A program made the translations under genes and the position numbers. Positions 1 through 10,329 of a stretch of 62,980 bases of DNA are shown piece by piece; positions within the stretch are counted from its first letter, which is position 1; each line of letters starts with the position of its first letter. Source of the stretch: an uncultured bacterium (GTDB lineage: Bacteria > Patescibacteriota > Minisyncoccia > Phycocordibacterales > UBA9973); NCBI GenBank assembly GCA_903838985.1, contig CAIMAO010000014.1, positions 1 through 62,980 of the forward strand, in the 5' to 3' direction. A model generated the notes under the pieces. The model was not told the origin of the DNA and did not search any database. It saw only the letters and a list, made by a program, of their open reading frames with translations.

Positions 1-6
1 AAATAT

Positions 7-3000
7 ATGTATAAAAAATTTTTAATAGTATTTGTTTTTCTTTTTGTGGTCGTTGGCTTTATAAAATTTTCAGCTTTCGCAACAACTTTTACTCCACCTA
101 CTATATCGACAGGAAGTGCGTCAAATATTACATCAACATCAGCAGTGTTATCTGGTGGTGTAAATGGAAATGGTAGCAATGTTACAGCAAGTTTTAAATA
201 CAGCAGCACAAACTATCCAAATCCTTTTGGAGATAGTTGTTCTGATTATGATGTAAATTCTACTGTGGTAAACGCAAGCCCAAGCTCTTTTTCTAATGAT
301 AGAACAATAAGTGCTACTATAACTGGTTTATTACCTGGAACTACATATCATTATACTAGCGTAGCTAAAGCAGGTAATGATTACTGTGGTGGTTATTTGT
401 CATTTACTACTCTTCCCGCAGAGAGTGTCACAATTTCTCCTAGCACTACAACTCTTGAATTGAAAGATGGTGATTTTGTTGGGAGTTTCACAGTTAATGT
501 TCATAGTAATACGAATGGCGAACCAGCATGTTTGGTTTTTCCAAGTGGACATGATGTTGGTTCTTTGTCTAACAGAACGGATATTTTTTCAGTAATTTCA
601 AGGAATATAGGGACCTATCCAAACCTATGTGGAAACGGAGGAGTGACTGATTGGAGTGTAAAAATTGATATAAAAATACCTGTAGAAAACGCTGTACCAG
701 GTACTCATATTTTTAAAATTATACCTGCTAGTGGCACAAATCTCCCTTCTGCTGAAGGGAGTATAGTTATCCCTGAGATAACAGAAAGTGTGACAGTTTC
801 TCCAAACCCAGTGACACTTACCCTCTCATCAAATAATTATGTTGGAAGTTTTACAGTAGATGTTGTTAATAAATATCAACAATGTATTAAATTTCCTATT
901 GATTCAATCGCGGGTGTCATAAGTGGAGCTACTGTAATAGGAGATGCTTCTGGTAGTATTACTGGATCGCCAGCTCTTGGTTTTCAACAGGTGTGTGGAA
1001 GTGGTAAGTATAGTGTAAACATACCAATAAAGATTCCTTCGGTTGGTGTTGCTTCTGGTAGTTATCCTTATAAAATTAATTATTATTTTAATAGTGATTC
1101 TAGTCCTACAGCATATTCTCATTCGTTAACAGAGGATATTCATATTCCTCAAGTACATTATTATTATCATGATTATAATCTTGTGCCAAATCCTACTCCT
1201 GAGTCACCTGGATTGAAAGGTAGATATTATTTTGATTGTACAAGTACCAACAAAGCAGTAGATTGTGCTGGTCTTACGGGTGGTGGTTGGTTCAATCAAA
1301 AAGATAGGATTATAGTAATAGGGTCATTTAATGGACGTATAGGAGATTATGTTGGTTTTCCTAGTGGGTCTGGGCTTTATGTAGATAGTTTAGATCCTAG
1401 GTTTATAGCAACTATCACTTATGTATCTGAAACAAAAAATGCAATAGTTTTTACTGATGACACTGGAAAGAATTATAGTCCAGCTTTAGTTACATTGGTT
1501 CAGGTTGATAATCCAAAAGAACTTGATTTTTCAAATTTTAAGAGTATAGGTCTATATAAATTAGAGACAGTTGCTAGTCAAGTTAATTTAGGGGCAAGTC
1601 CTAGTTCAATAACTTTAGGACAAAAATCTACACTTTCTTGGGCATCAAGTAATATGGGAAGTTGTGATGGAGTTGGTTTTGATACAGGGGGTGCTATTAA
1701 GGGTAGTGTCTCGGTGACGCCTACTTCTCTTGGAATAAATACGTATAGCATAAATTGTTATAGTAATGGTGTGAGGGTAGTGGGAAATAGCACCACTATA
1801 AATGTTGTTGCTCCTATTGATCCTGCTACCATTCCAGCTTCTATTGTTGTATCAGCGAACCCTACGGTTTTTACAATAAATGACACAGATATTCAAAGAG
1901 TTTCTGAAATTAAAACAACGCCAATTAAAATAAAAAGTGGCAGTGTAGAATACGATGCTTCTATTGTTAAAAACAATGCTAAGATATTAGATAATTCGGG
2001 TCCAATCTTGGGTTGGTCAAATAAAGGAGATTTAGGTGCTACTCTGACGATAGGAGCTGGGAATGCTCAAGCAGGGACTTATAAAATATTAGTAAATGCA
2101 GATGGAATTTCTAGTATTGATGGTAAATCAGTTCCCTCAAATACTGTGACAATTACAGTTACTATAAATGCTGATGCTGTTTCTAATCTTCCAGATGTCA
2201 CAGCCAGCGTTGTTTCTCCATTTGGTGCTGTATTAAACAATGAAACTACATTTTCTTCTGTTATTTCTAATGTGGGTAGTGGTTCTATTAGTAATTTCCC
2301 ATATTTTTTCCAAACAGCTACAGGAAAATTCTTAAATATTGATAATCGTACTTATACTTACACTGGTGTAGCAGATATTGCTAATAGTAAAAAAATATCC
2401 CTTGATAAATATAATGATAGTCATTATAAAGAAACTGTCACATCTAAATTAACTTTTTCTTCAGAAGGGATAGTTTATGTTAGAGTTTGTGCGAATAAGA
2501 GTGATTCTAATAATTTTGGTCCTACTGAAGAACAAGATACAGACAACAATTGTAGCTTCCCATGGACAGAAGTAAGAGTGACAAAAACAGCGATACCAGA
2601 TCTTACCGCTGGCCCTGTTTCTCCAACTAGTGTTACTTCCGGAGCTGCTACAAAATTTATAGCAGACATAACAAACATAGGAACAGCTTCTACTGGTAAT
2701 GGAAATAGTTTTCCATATTTCTTCCAAACGACAAATGCTTTAGATTCAAAAGGAAATGGTGTTGAACCAATAATTCCTGATTCTACTAAAATGATAACAG
2801 ACAAACTTGATGTAAATAAATCTACTACTGCTACATCTAGTTCATTTACTTTCAACACGGGAGATACACCATATGTGAGAGTTTGTGCAAACAAGAGCGA
2901 TGCTAATACTTTTGGCACTGAAGTTTCGGAACCAGTAACCTTGAGAGATGATAATTGTGGAGATTGGACACAGATAACTGTGACGGATAAACCAGAAATA

Positions 3001-3735
3001 CCAAAGCCTGATCTTACTGCTGGACCCGTGATGTTTAAACAAGCTGATGCTGTTGTTGGAAATTCTATTGTTTTTACTTCAATAATATCAAACATAGGTA
3101 CAGCTTCTACAGGTAATAGTTTTTATAATTCTTTACAAATAGCTGATGATGTAGATGGAATAGACCCTGTATTTCCTTTAGATTCACAGCATTCAACACC
3201 TGCACTTGATATACCTGGCACAGGAAATGATACAGCTAATGTTTTTGCTTCGCACAGTTTCTCTGTAGCTAGAGATTATTCTGTTAGGTTTTGTGCTGAT
3301 GAAAATACTAATATGGTTGGATCTATCCCTGAATCAGATGAAGATCATAACTGTAGCGGTTGGACAAATATTACAATAGAACCAAAACCTGTTAATGGTG
3401 GATGGGGTGCTGCTCCTGATTGTCCGACAGCTTGTGGTCTTTCCGCAAGTACTTCATCTGGGGTTTGTAATAATCCTCCCCCACAAAATGGAGGTAGCAT
3501 TTGTCCTGCTAGTAGCCAACCGATTAATAATTGCAGTGCTACACCAGCATGTGCAGTTGATACTTGTGGTTCATCAGTTAATGGAAAAAGTTTTGTAAGT
3601 CTACCGACAACAGGTCTTTGTGGCGAGGGTACACAACAAAATTTAATATTAACAAATGGAAAGTGGACATGGAATTGTGGCACTGCATCATGTTCAGCTT
3701 CTAAAAAGAAGATTCCTCATGTTATAGAAAATTAA
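7..3735 (+). CDS. Large cell-surface protein (1242 aa): N-terminal membrane anchor/signal, three CARDB-like repeats, Cys-rich C-terminus with a thrombospondin type-1-repeat-like module
   Basis: Uninterrupted 1242-codon ORF. Hydrophobic N-terminus FLIVFVFLFVVVGFIKF. Three ~130-aa repeats (PDLTAGPV..ISNIGTASTGN..VRVCANKSD..C..W..I.V, nt ~2190-3380). C-terminal NGGWG..C...CG...CNNPPPQNGGSIC...C...C pattern. Confidence 0.6.
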   Translation: MYKKFLIVFVFLFVVVGFIKFSAFATTFTPPTISTGSASNITSTSAVLSGGVNGNGSNVTASFKYSSTNYPNPFGDSCSDYDVNSTVVNASPSSFSNDRTISATITGLLPGTTYHYTSVAKAGNDYCGGYLSFTTLPAESVTISPSTTTLELKDGDFVGSFTVNVHSNTNGEPACLVFPSGHDVGSLSNRTDIFSVISRNIGTYPNLCGNGGVTDWSVKIDIKIPVENAVPGTHIFKIIPASGTNLPSAEGSIVIPEITESVTVSPNPVTLTLSSNNYVGSFTVDVVNKYQQCIKFPIDSIAGVISGATVIGDASGSITGSPALGFQQVCGSGKYSVNIPIKIPSVGVASGSYPYKINYYFNSDSSPTAYSHSLTEDIHIPQVHYYYHDYNLVPNPTPESPGLKGRYYFDCTSTNKAVDCAGLTGGGWFNQKDRIIVIGSFNGRIGDYVGFPSGSGLYVDSLDPRFIATITYVSETKNAIVFTDDTGKNYSPALVTLVQVDNPKELDFSNFKSIGLYKLETVASQVNLGASPSSITLGQKSTLSWASSNMGSCDGVGFDTGGAIKGSVSVTPTSLGINTYSINCYSNGVRVVGNSTTINVVAPIDPATIPASIVVSANPTVFTINDTDIQRVSEIKTTPIKIKSGSVEYDASIVKNNAKILDNSGPILGWSNKGDLGATLTIGAGNAQAGTYKILVNADGISSIDGKSVPSNTVTITVTINADAVSNLPDVTASVVSPFGAVLNNETTFSSVISNVGSGSISNFPYFFQTATGKFLNIDNRTYTYTGVADIANSKKISLDKYNDSHYKETVTSKLTFSSEGIVYVRVCANKSDSNNFGPTEEQDTDNNCSFPWTEVRVTKTAIPDLTAGPVSPTSVTSGAATKFIADITNIGTASTGNGNSFPYFFQTTNALDSKGNGVEPIIPDSTKMITDKLDVNKSTTATSSSFTFNTGDTPYVRVCANKSDANTFGTEVSEPVTLRDDNCGDWTQITVTDKPEIPKPDLTAGPVMFKQADAVVGNSIVFTSIISNIGTASTGNSFYNSLQIADDVDGIDPVFPLDSQHSTPALDIPGTGNDTANVFASHSFSVARDYSVRFCADENTNMVGSIPESDEDHNCSGWTNITIEPKPVNGGWGAAPDCPTACGLSASTSSGVCNNPPPQNGGSICPASSQPINNCSATPACAVDTCGSSVNGKSFVSLPTTGLCGEGTQQNLILTNGKWTWNCGTASCSASKKKIPHVIEN

Positions 3736-3739
3736 AAAG

Positions 3740-3777
3740 ATATCAAAAAATTCCCCACTTGGGGAATTTTTTGATAT
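3740..3777 (+). terminator. Perfect 17-bp hairpin (atatcaaaaaattcccc/actt/ggggaattttttgatat) after the surface-protein gene; its 3' arm overlaps the pilB -10 box
   Basis: Exact inverted repeat read from the sequence, with a T-rich 3' arm. TATAAT at 3775-3780 lies 6 nt before the pilB ATG. Confidence 0.7.
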
Positions 3778-3786
3778 AATATATTT

Positions 3787-5532
3787 ATGCAAATAAACGA
3801 AGAACAATTGAAAAAAGCAATTCTAGAAGCAAAGCTTGTCACACGTTCTGAACTTGATGATTCAATTAAAAAAGCTGAGAATAAAAAACAAAAGTTTGGG
3901 GATATTTTGTTGTCAGATGGTAAAATTTCTGAAACAGATTTAAAAAGAATGGAAGCATTTGTTTTAGAAATTCCATTTATTAGTTTAGTTGATAAAAAAA
4001 TTAATTTTGATATTCTTTCTCTCATTCCTGAACCGATAGCAAGGAATCACAACATAATAGCTTATAAAAAAAGTGAAGCAGGTTTAGAAATAGCTATGCT
4101 CGACGTAGATGACCTTCCGATGATTGATTTTATTAAGAAACGTTCCGGAGAAAAAATTCTTCCAAGACTTACAGACACTGCTTCTATCAAATTTGCTCTT
4201 GTTCAATATAGAAAAAGTTTGCAAGCGGACTTTGATAATATAATTCAAAAAGAAACATTATCTATTTCTAAAGAAGGAGATGAAACAGAAAAAACAGAAG
4301 AAGAATTGAAAGCCTTAGCTGAGGATTTGCCAGTTATTAAAATTGTGGACTCATTAGTTTTTCACGCAATTCTACAAAATGCTTCTGACATACATATTGA
4401 GCCAGGGGAAAAGGAATTAATCGTCAGATACAGAATAGATGGAATACTTCATGATGCCATGGTGCTCGACAAAAATGCTGCACCAGGAATAACGACTCGT
4501 GTGAAAGTTTTGTCTAACCTAAAATTAGATGAAAAGAGATTACCTCAAGATGGAAGATTTAAAATAGATCAAAATGGTGAAAAAGTTTCTTTCCGTGTTT
4601 CAACATTGCCGACATTTTTTGGTGAGAAAGTAGTGATAAGAATATTGAAAGAAAATGCACATGGTTTTACTTTGGAAGACTTAGGTTTTCATGGAGAGGG
4701 ATTAGAAAGGATTCATGATTCTCTAAAACAAAAAGTGGGTATGGTGCTTGCGACAGGTCCGACTGGTTCTGGAAAAACTACGACACTTTATACAATGCTT
4801 GAACTTTTAAATAGACCGGAAGTTAACATTTCTACCGTTGAAGACCCTATTGAATATCAGATCTCTAGAGTAAATCAAACACAAGTCAAACCAGAGATTG
4901 GTTTTACTTTTGCAAATGGTCTTCGTTCTCTTCTTCGCCAAGATCCAGATATAGTAATGGTGGGAGAAATTCGTGATGTTGAAACAGCTGGATTGGCCAT
5001 AAATGCTTCTCTTACCGGACACCTTGTATTGTCCACTATTCACACCAACTCTGCTTCTGGGGCAATTCCACGCCTTATAGATATGGGTGTATTGCCTTTC
5101 TTAATAATTTCGACGGTCAAAACCATACTTGCCCAGAGACTCGTGCGTAAGCTCGTTTCAAGTAAAGAAAAGTATACTTTGTCAAAAGAAGAAATAAAAA
5201 ATCTAGGTAAACTTGTTGATTTAGATCGCATGCTTTTAATGTTGAAAAGTGAAAAAATAATTGGACCAAAAGATAATTGGGAGACAATTCATTTTTATAA
5301 ACCAGTTGCCAATAATGAATCTGCTGACGGATATTCTGGACGTATAGGGATACATGAAGTTTTGAAAGTCACTTCTTCTATAAAAGAATTGATTCTTCGT
5401 GGAGCTTCTCAGGATGACATAGAAGCACAAGCAAAGAAAGAGGGTATGATGACAATTTTAGAAGATGGAGTTTTCCAAGCAGCTTTAGGAATGACAAGCT
5501 TAGAAGAAGTATTTCGTGTTGTTTCTGAATAA
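3787..5532 (+). CDS. pilB: Type IV pilus / type II secretion assembly ATPase (PilB/GspE family)
   Basis: 581 aa. Walker A GPTGSGKTTTLY, VGEIRD and LSTIHTN boxes typical of GspE/PilB hexameric ATPases. N-terminal T2SSE_N-like region. Confidence 0.9.
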   Translation: MQINEEQLKKAILEAKLVTRSELDDSIKKAENKKQKFGDILLSDGKISETDLKRMEAFVLEIPFISLVDKKINFDILSLIPEPIARNHNIIAYKKSEAGLEIAMLDVDDLPMIDFIKKRSGEKILPRLTDTASIKFALVQYRKSLQADFDNIIQKETLSISKEGDETEKTEEELKALAEDLPVIKIVDSLVFHAILQNASDIHIEPGEKELIVRYRIDGILHDAMVLDKNAAPGITTRVKVLSNLKLDEKRLPQDGRFKIDQNGEKVSFRVSTLPTFFGEKVVIRILKENAHGFTLEDLGFHGEGLERIHDSLKQKVGMVLATGPTGSGKTTTLYTMLELLNRPEVNISTVEDPIEYQISRVNQTQVKPEIGFTFANGLRSLLRQDPDIVMVGEIRDVETAGLAINASLTGHLVLSTIHTNSASGAIPRLIDMGVLPFLIISTVKTILAQRLVRKLVSSKEKYTLSKEEIKNLGKLVDLDRMLLMLKSEKIIGPKDNWETIHFYKPVANNESADGYSGRIGIHEVLKVTSSIKELILRGASQDDIEAQAKKEGMMTILEDGVFQAALGMTSLEEVFRVVSE

Positions 5533-5537
5533 GTAAA

Positions 5538-6755
5538 ATGCTTTTTTCATATAAAGCAAAATTAAATAATGGAGAAATTTTTGAAGGGATAATGGAGGCG
5601 GCAGATCGTTATGCTCTTTCTCGTGAATTGAAATCTCGTGGTAATGTTCCTATCTCTATCGCAGAAAAAAAAGAAAATTCTTTTGATTTTTCTTCAATCT
5701 GGGCACATTATTTTTCTAAAATAAAAAACGAAGAGTTGATTATTTTTGCTAAAAATTTAAGTGGAATGCTGAAAGCAGGACTTTCTATGTCACGCGCATT
5801 GTCAGTTTTACAAAAACAAACAAAAAATGTCACTTTTGGTAAAATTTTGACATCATTAAATAATGAAATAAATGCGGGAGGAACTTTGTCTTCTGGTTTT
5901 ATGAAATTTCCAGATGTTTTTTCAAAACTTTTTGTTTCGATGACACACGCTGGCGAAGAATCTGGCAATCTTGATAATTCTCTTTCTGAAATTAGTATAA
6001 ATTTAGAAAAATCACACGCTTTGACCAAAAAAATAAAAGGAGCGCTTATTTATCCTGGAGTAATTCTTTCAGCAATGATTTTGATAGGCGTTTTAATGTT
6101 TGCATTTGTTGTGCCGACACTTGCTAATACTTTTAAAGAGCTTGGCGTAGAGTTGCCAATGTCAACAAAATTTATTATTTCTTTAGGTAATTTTTTCTCT
6201 AATTATTTAATTTTGTCTTTTGTTTTAATGATAGGATCTGTGTTTGGAATTATTTCACTATTGCGTGCAAACTTTATGACAAGATATGTTGATTTTATTG
6301 TATTAAGACTTCCATTTGTTGGTAATTTATCTAAAGAATTAAACATGGTTCGTACTGCTCGCACGATGGCCTCACTCTTGTCTTCTGGAGTTTCAATAAC
6401 AAGAGCAACAGAAATAACAGGAGATGTTTTACAAAACGTTTATTATAAAAAAGTTCTAGTTGAGTCGAAGGATGAAATAGAAAAAGGCTTACCATTTTCT
6501 AAAATTTTTGAAGAAAATCCAAATTTATATTCAGTAATGATGACAGAAATGATAGAGGTCGGAGAGGAGACAGGCAAACTTTCAGATATGCTATTTCAAG
6601 TGGCTACTTTTTATGAACAAGATATAGAAAACAAAACAAAAAATCTTTCCACTGTCATTGAACCAGTGCTTATGATATTGATTGGTGCTGCTGTTGGTTT
6701 CTTTGCTATTTCAATGATTTCACCTTTATATTCAGTAATGAATAATATTAAATAA
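5538..6755 (+). CDS. pilC: Type IV pilus platform protein (PilC/GspF family)
   Basis: 405 aa with duplicated GspF-type domain and hydrophobic segments. Starts 5 nt after pilB. Confidence 0.85.
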   Translation: MLFSYKAKLNNGEIFEGIMEAADRYALSRELKSRGNVPISIAEKKENSFDFSSIWAHYFSKIKNEELIIFAKNLSGMLKAGLSMSRALSVLQKQTKNVTFGKILTSLNNEINAGGTLSSGFMKFPDVFSKLFVSMTHAGEESGNLDNSLSEISINLEKSHALTKKIKGALIYPGVILSAMILIGVLMFAFVVPTLANTFKELGVELPMSTKFIISLGNFFSNYLILSFVLMIGSVFGIISLLRANFMTRYVDFIVLRLPFVGNLSKELNMVRTARTMASLLSSGVSITRATEITGDVLQNVYYKKVLVESKDEIEKGLPFSKIFEENPNLYSVMMTEMIEVGEETGKLSDMLFQVATFYEQDIENKTKNLSTVIEPVLMILIGAAVGFFAISMISPLYSVMNNIK

Positions 6756-6758
6756 AAA

Positions 6759-7226
6759 ATGAAAAATTTTTATAAAAAAGGCATAACTCTTTTAGAAGTA
6801 TTGATGGCAGTGGCTATTTTGGGTATTATTGTTTCTGTCGCACTTCCACAATTTTCAAAAATAAAAGAAAATCAAGTATTGCAAAATACTACTCAAGAAA
6901 TTTTATCTGCCCTTCGCCAAGCTCAATCACAAAGCTTGGCTTCAGTAAGTTTAGGAGAATTTGGAGTACATTTTCAAAAAGATCAAATTGTAATCTTTAA
7001 AGGACAAAGTTTTTCAGCTGGGGCGATGGATAATAATGTGATAGACATTGTCTCTCCTGCAAATATTTCTAATGTAACTTTTTCTGGTCTAAGTTCTGAG
7101 ACTGGTGATATATATTTTTCACGTTTATCAGGTGTGCCAAACAAAAATGGAACGATTACTGTTTCGACGCCATCTAATTCAAAAACCATCACTCTTTCTG
7201 CTACAGGCACAGCAAGCGTAAATTAA
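6759..7226 (+). CDS. Prepilin-type N-terminal cleavage/methylation domain protein (pilin or pseudopilin)
   Basis: N-terminus KKG-ITLLEVLMAVAILGIIV (Gly, then Glu at +5, then a hydrophobic helix). Located in the pilus operon. Confidence 0.7.
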   Translation: MKNFYKKGITLLEVLMAVAILGIIVSVALPQFSKIKENQVLQNTTQEILSALRQAQSQSLASVSLGEFGVHFQKDQIVIFKGQSFSAGAMDNNVIDIVSPANISNVTFSGLSSETGDIYFSRLSGVPNKNGTITVSTPSNSKTITLSATGTASVN

Positions 7227-7232
7227 ATTATA

Positions 7233-7739
7233 ATGAATATTTTTTTTCAAAAAAAAAATAAAAAAGAATCTAAATTTTTAACACAATCTGGTTTTATGAT
7301 GGTGGAGATACTCGTGGCTATATCTATCATAGTAGCTTCTATTTTAGCAGCAATGTCTGTTGCACAAAAATCTATTTCTATGTCTCATCAATCAGTACAC
7401 ATTTCACAAGCTAATTTTCTATTAGAGGAAGGGGCAGAAGCAGTGCGTCTCACTAGAGATAGTTCTTGGAGTAATATTAGTAGTCTTTCTGAATCTACTC
7501 AATATTATCCTACTTTTTCAAATACTTGGAATCTTTCTACCACTCCTAATAGTGTCGGTATTTTCATACGTACAGTAAGTATAAAAAATGTTAATCGGGA
7601 TAATACTACGGGGGACATTGTGAATACGGGAGGCACTCTTGATAACGGAACAAAGTTGATTACAGTAAATGTATCTTGGAATGAGGGAGGGAATGTTTTG
7701 AGTAAGAATTTGTCTTTTTATTTAATGGATATTTTTTAG
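7233..7739 (+). CDS. Prepilin-like minor pilin
   Basis: QSG-FMMVEILVAISIIVA N-terminal motif following a basic leader. Operon context. Confidence 0.55.
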   Translation: MNIFFQKKNKKESKFLTQSGFMMVEILVAISIIVASILAAMSVAQKSISMSHQSVHISQANFLLEEGAEAVRLTRDSSWSNISSLSESTQYYPTFSNTWNLSTTPNSVGIFIRTVSIKNVNRDNTTGDIVNTGGTLDNGTKLITVNVSWNEGGNVLSKNLSFYLMDIF

Positions 7740-7751
7740 TCAGAGAACTTT

Positions 7752-8249
7752 ATGAAAAATTTTAAGAAAAAAAACAAAGGATATGTGCTTCTAGAAACTA
7801 TTTTTTATATAGTTCTTTTTGCTATGTTATCTATTTCTGTCATTGATGCATTGCTTACAATGACAAAATCTTTTAAAGAAACGACTATTCAAGCAGAATT
7901 AATGCAAGGTGGAAATATAATGGAAAGATTATCTAGAGAAATAAAACAGGCTTATGGAGTAAACACTATTAATGTTAATGATTTAAAACTTAACACGACA
8001 GATACTAATGGGACAAAAAAAACTATAGAATTTTTGCTTTCTGGATCAGATATAGTGCTTAAAGACAACGATGTTTTTACAGGTAATTTAAATGGAGAAA
8101 ATATAAAAGTGACAAATCTTACTTTTACACAAATAAATACAGCTAAAAGTAAAGGTATTAAAATATTTTTAACAGTTTCTTCTAATGATGATATGCAAAA
8201 TCGCACGGAAGATTTTTATGATACAGTCGTGCTTCGAGGTAATTATTAA
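7752..8249 (+). CDS. Prepilin-like minor pilin
   Basis: NKG-YVLLETIFYIVLFAML N-terminal motif. Operon context. Confidence 0.55.
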   Translation: MKNFKKKNKGYVLLETIFYIVLFAMLSISVIDALLTMTKSFKETTIQAELMQGGNIMERLSREIKQAYGVNTINVNDLKLNTTDTNGTKKTIEFLLSGSDIVLKDNDVFTGNLNGENIKVTNLTFTQINTAKSKGIKIFLTVSSNDDMQNRTEDFYDTVVLRGNY

Positions 8250-8257
8250 TTTTAAAA

Positions 8258-9538
8258 ATGAAAGAATTTAAAAAAAGAAAAATAAATAAACAATCTGGTG
8301 CAGCTATGCTCATATCTGTGATATTTTTTCTTTTTATCTCTCTTGCTATAATTTCTGGTCTTGTTTCTCCTTCAGTTCGTGAATTTAGAGATGCAAATGT
8401 TGGATTGAATTCTAAGAAATCTTTTTACTTATCTGAATCAGGAGCTGAAGATGCTTATTATAGAATGTTGAAAAGTAAGACAATAGGTTCGAGTGAGACC
8501 ATTACTCTCGATTCCAATAAAGTTGTGACGACTATCACGCCCCAAGGTAATGATAAAATACAGATTACTTCTCTTGGAGATGTTTCTAGCTATCAAAGAA
8601 AAACAGAAATTATACTTTCTACTAATACAGTTATTCCATTTAATTATGCCGTAGAAGCCGGACAAGGAGGGGTCAATTTAGCTAGTAATACTTTAGTAAC
8701 TGGTGATATATATTCTAACGGATCCATCACAGGGGATCGTCCTGCAAAAGTGACTGGTAATGTGATTTCTGCTAGTAGTCCTGATATTAATGGAGCCACT
8801 GGACTCATTCAAGGTAATTCTCTTAGTCAGTATAATCAATTTCGTATTGGTACTGTTTCGGGTACAGCTCAAGCTCACACAGTTAACTATGTAGATTCTA
8901 CGGGGAATATTTATTGTAATACAGGCACAGGCAACAATAGATCTTGCACTGATCAATCTGACCCAACATATATAACTTTTCCTATTTCAGATTTAAATAT
9001 AACAGGATGGAAAGCCGGAGCTTTGACTGGTGGTATTATTAATAATAATTATTCTATATCACAAAGTATTACAATTGGTCCTAAAAAAATTAATGGTAAT
9101 TTGACTATTAGTGGTGGCATAGTGACTATTTCTGGAACATTGTGGGTGACGGGCAATATTACTGTTTCTGGTGGAGCTACTATACAACTTGCTTCGAATT
9201 ATGGTTCTAATGATGGAATAATTATTGCAGATGGCAATATCTCTATGTTGGGTGGAGGACATGCCACAGGATCTGGTGTCGCTGGTAGTTATATTATGTT
9301 GTTGAGTAATAGTTCTAGTAATAGCGCTTTTTCTATCTCTGGAGGTAGTGGTTCTGTCATAATTTATGCTCCTTTTGGCACTGTTAATATTTCTGGTAAT
9401 GCTTCTCTTAAACAAGTTACGGCTAATAAAATATTAGTTTCTGGTGCAAATGTCACTTATGAATCTAGTTTAGCTAACACAAGTTTTTCTGGTAGTTCTG
9501 CTGGTTCGTGGTCTATTGATAGCTGGGGAGAGAAATAA
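8258..9538 (+). CDS. Pilus-associated membrane-anchored protein (PilX-like N-terminus, beta-helix-like Gly/Ser/Asn repeats)
   Basis: KQSGAAMLISVIFFLFISLAII anchor. C-terminal repeats ISGGIVTISGTLWVTGNITVSGGATI. Last gene of the pilus cluster. Confidence 0.45.
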   Translation: MKEFKKRKINKQSGAAMLISVIFFLFISLAIISGLVSPSVREFRDANVGLNSKKSFYLSESGAEDAYYRMLKSKTIGSSETITLDSNKVVTTITPQGNDKIQITSLGDVSSYQRKTEIILSTNTVIPFNYAVEAGQGGVNLASNTLVTGDIYSNGSITGDRPAKVTGNVISASSPDINGATGLIQGNSLSQYNQFRIGTVSGTAQAHTVNYVDSTGNIYCNTGTGNNRSCTDQSDPTYITFPISDLNITGWKAGALTGGIINNNYSISQSITIGPKKINGNLTISGGIVTISGTLWVTGNITVSGGATIQLASNYGSNDGIIIADGNISMLGGGHATGSGVAGSYIMLLSNSSSNSAFSISGGSGSVIIYAPFGTVNISGNASLKQVTANKILVSGANVTYESSLANTSFSGSSAGSWSIDSWGEK

Positions 9539-9558
9539 AAATATGATATGATTATCCT

Positions 9559-10329
9559 ATGTCTAAAAAAATAGTCATAGGTAATTGGAAGATGAATCCA
9601 GCTTCTTTAAAAGAAGCAGAGAAATTATTTACTGAGACAGTAAAAATGCTTTCTGATGTAAAAAAAACAGAAGTAGTAATTTGTTCTCCTTTTTTGTATT
9701 TGGAAAAGTTAAAAAAGATTTCTAAAAAAATAAGTTTGGGTGCACAAAATATTTTTTGGGAAGAAGTCGGTGCTTATACGGGGGAAGTGTCAGGAGACAT
9801 GGTTTATAATATTGGAGCAAAATATGTCATTTTAGGTCATTCCGAGAGACGTAATTTTTTTGGTGGTGGAGAAAATAACGAAATAGTAAATAAAAAGATA
9901 AAATCAGCAATTAAAAGTGGACTTATTCCTATAATTTGTGTAGGAGAGAATGTAAGAGATGAAAATCATGAATATTTAAATTTTGTGAAAAAACAGATTG
10001 AAGAATGTTTCAATGGAATTTCTAAAAACTCTATTTCAAAGATCATCATTGCTTACGAACCTGTTTGGGCAATAGGTAAAGGTGCGTATCCTGCGACACC
10101 AGAAGAATTTCGTGAAATGAATATTTTTATAAGAAAAATTTTAAGTGATAAATTTGGTTTGAGCAATATTGAAGGAGTAAGAATAATCTATGGCGGGTCA
10201 GTTGATGAAAAAAATGCCTTAGATTTTATTATAGAAGGAAAAGCTGACGGTTTTCTTCCTGGACGTGCGAGTTTAAATCCAAAAAAGTTTTCTAAAATTG
10301 TAAAAATATGCGAAACATTAAACAAATAA
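9559..10329 (+). CDS. tpiA: Triosephosphate isomerase
   Basis: GNWKMN, GHSERR, AYEPVWAIG and YGGSV motifs. Confidence 0.9.
   Translation: MSKKIVIGNWKMNPASLKEAEKLFTETVKMLSDVKKTEVVICSPFLYLEKLKKISKKISLGAQNIFWEEVGAYTGEVSGDMVYNIGAKYVILGHSERRNFFGGGENNEIVNKKIKSAIKSGLIPIICVGENVRDENHEYLNFVKKQIEECFNGISKNSISKIIIAYEPVWAIGKGAYPATPEEFREMNIFIRKILSDKFGLSNIEGVRIIYGGSVDEKNALDFIIEGKADGFLPGRASLNPKKFSKIVKICETLNK

Noticed and set aside
2475-3095. 206-aa antisense ORF and several other 60-130-aa antisense or alternate-frame ORFs within long genes. Examples: 904-1122, 3345-3683, 5708-6028, 9059-9415, 13237-13590, 15241-15627, 32260-32616, 41374-41694, 42893-43150, 45251-45562, 50802-51101, 56692-57054, 58538-58918.
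   Set aside because: They lie entirely inside well-supported genes on the opposite strand or in another frame. They have low-complexity or compositionally odd products and no start-site signals. They are treated as shadow ORFs.
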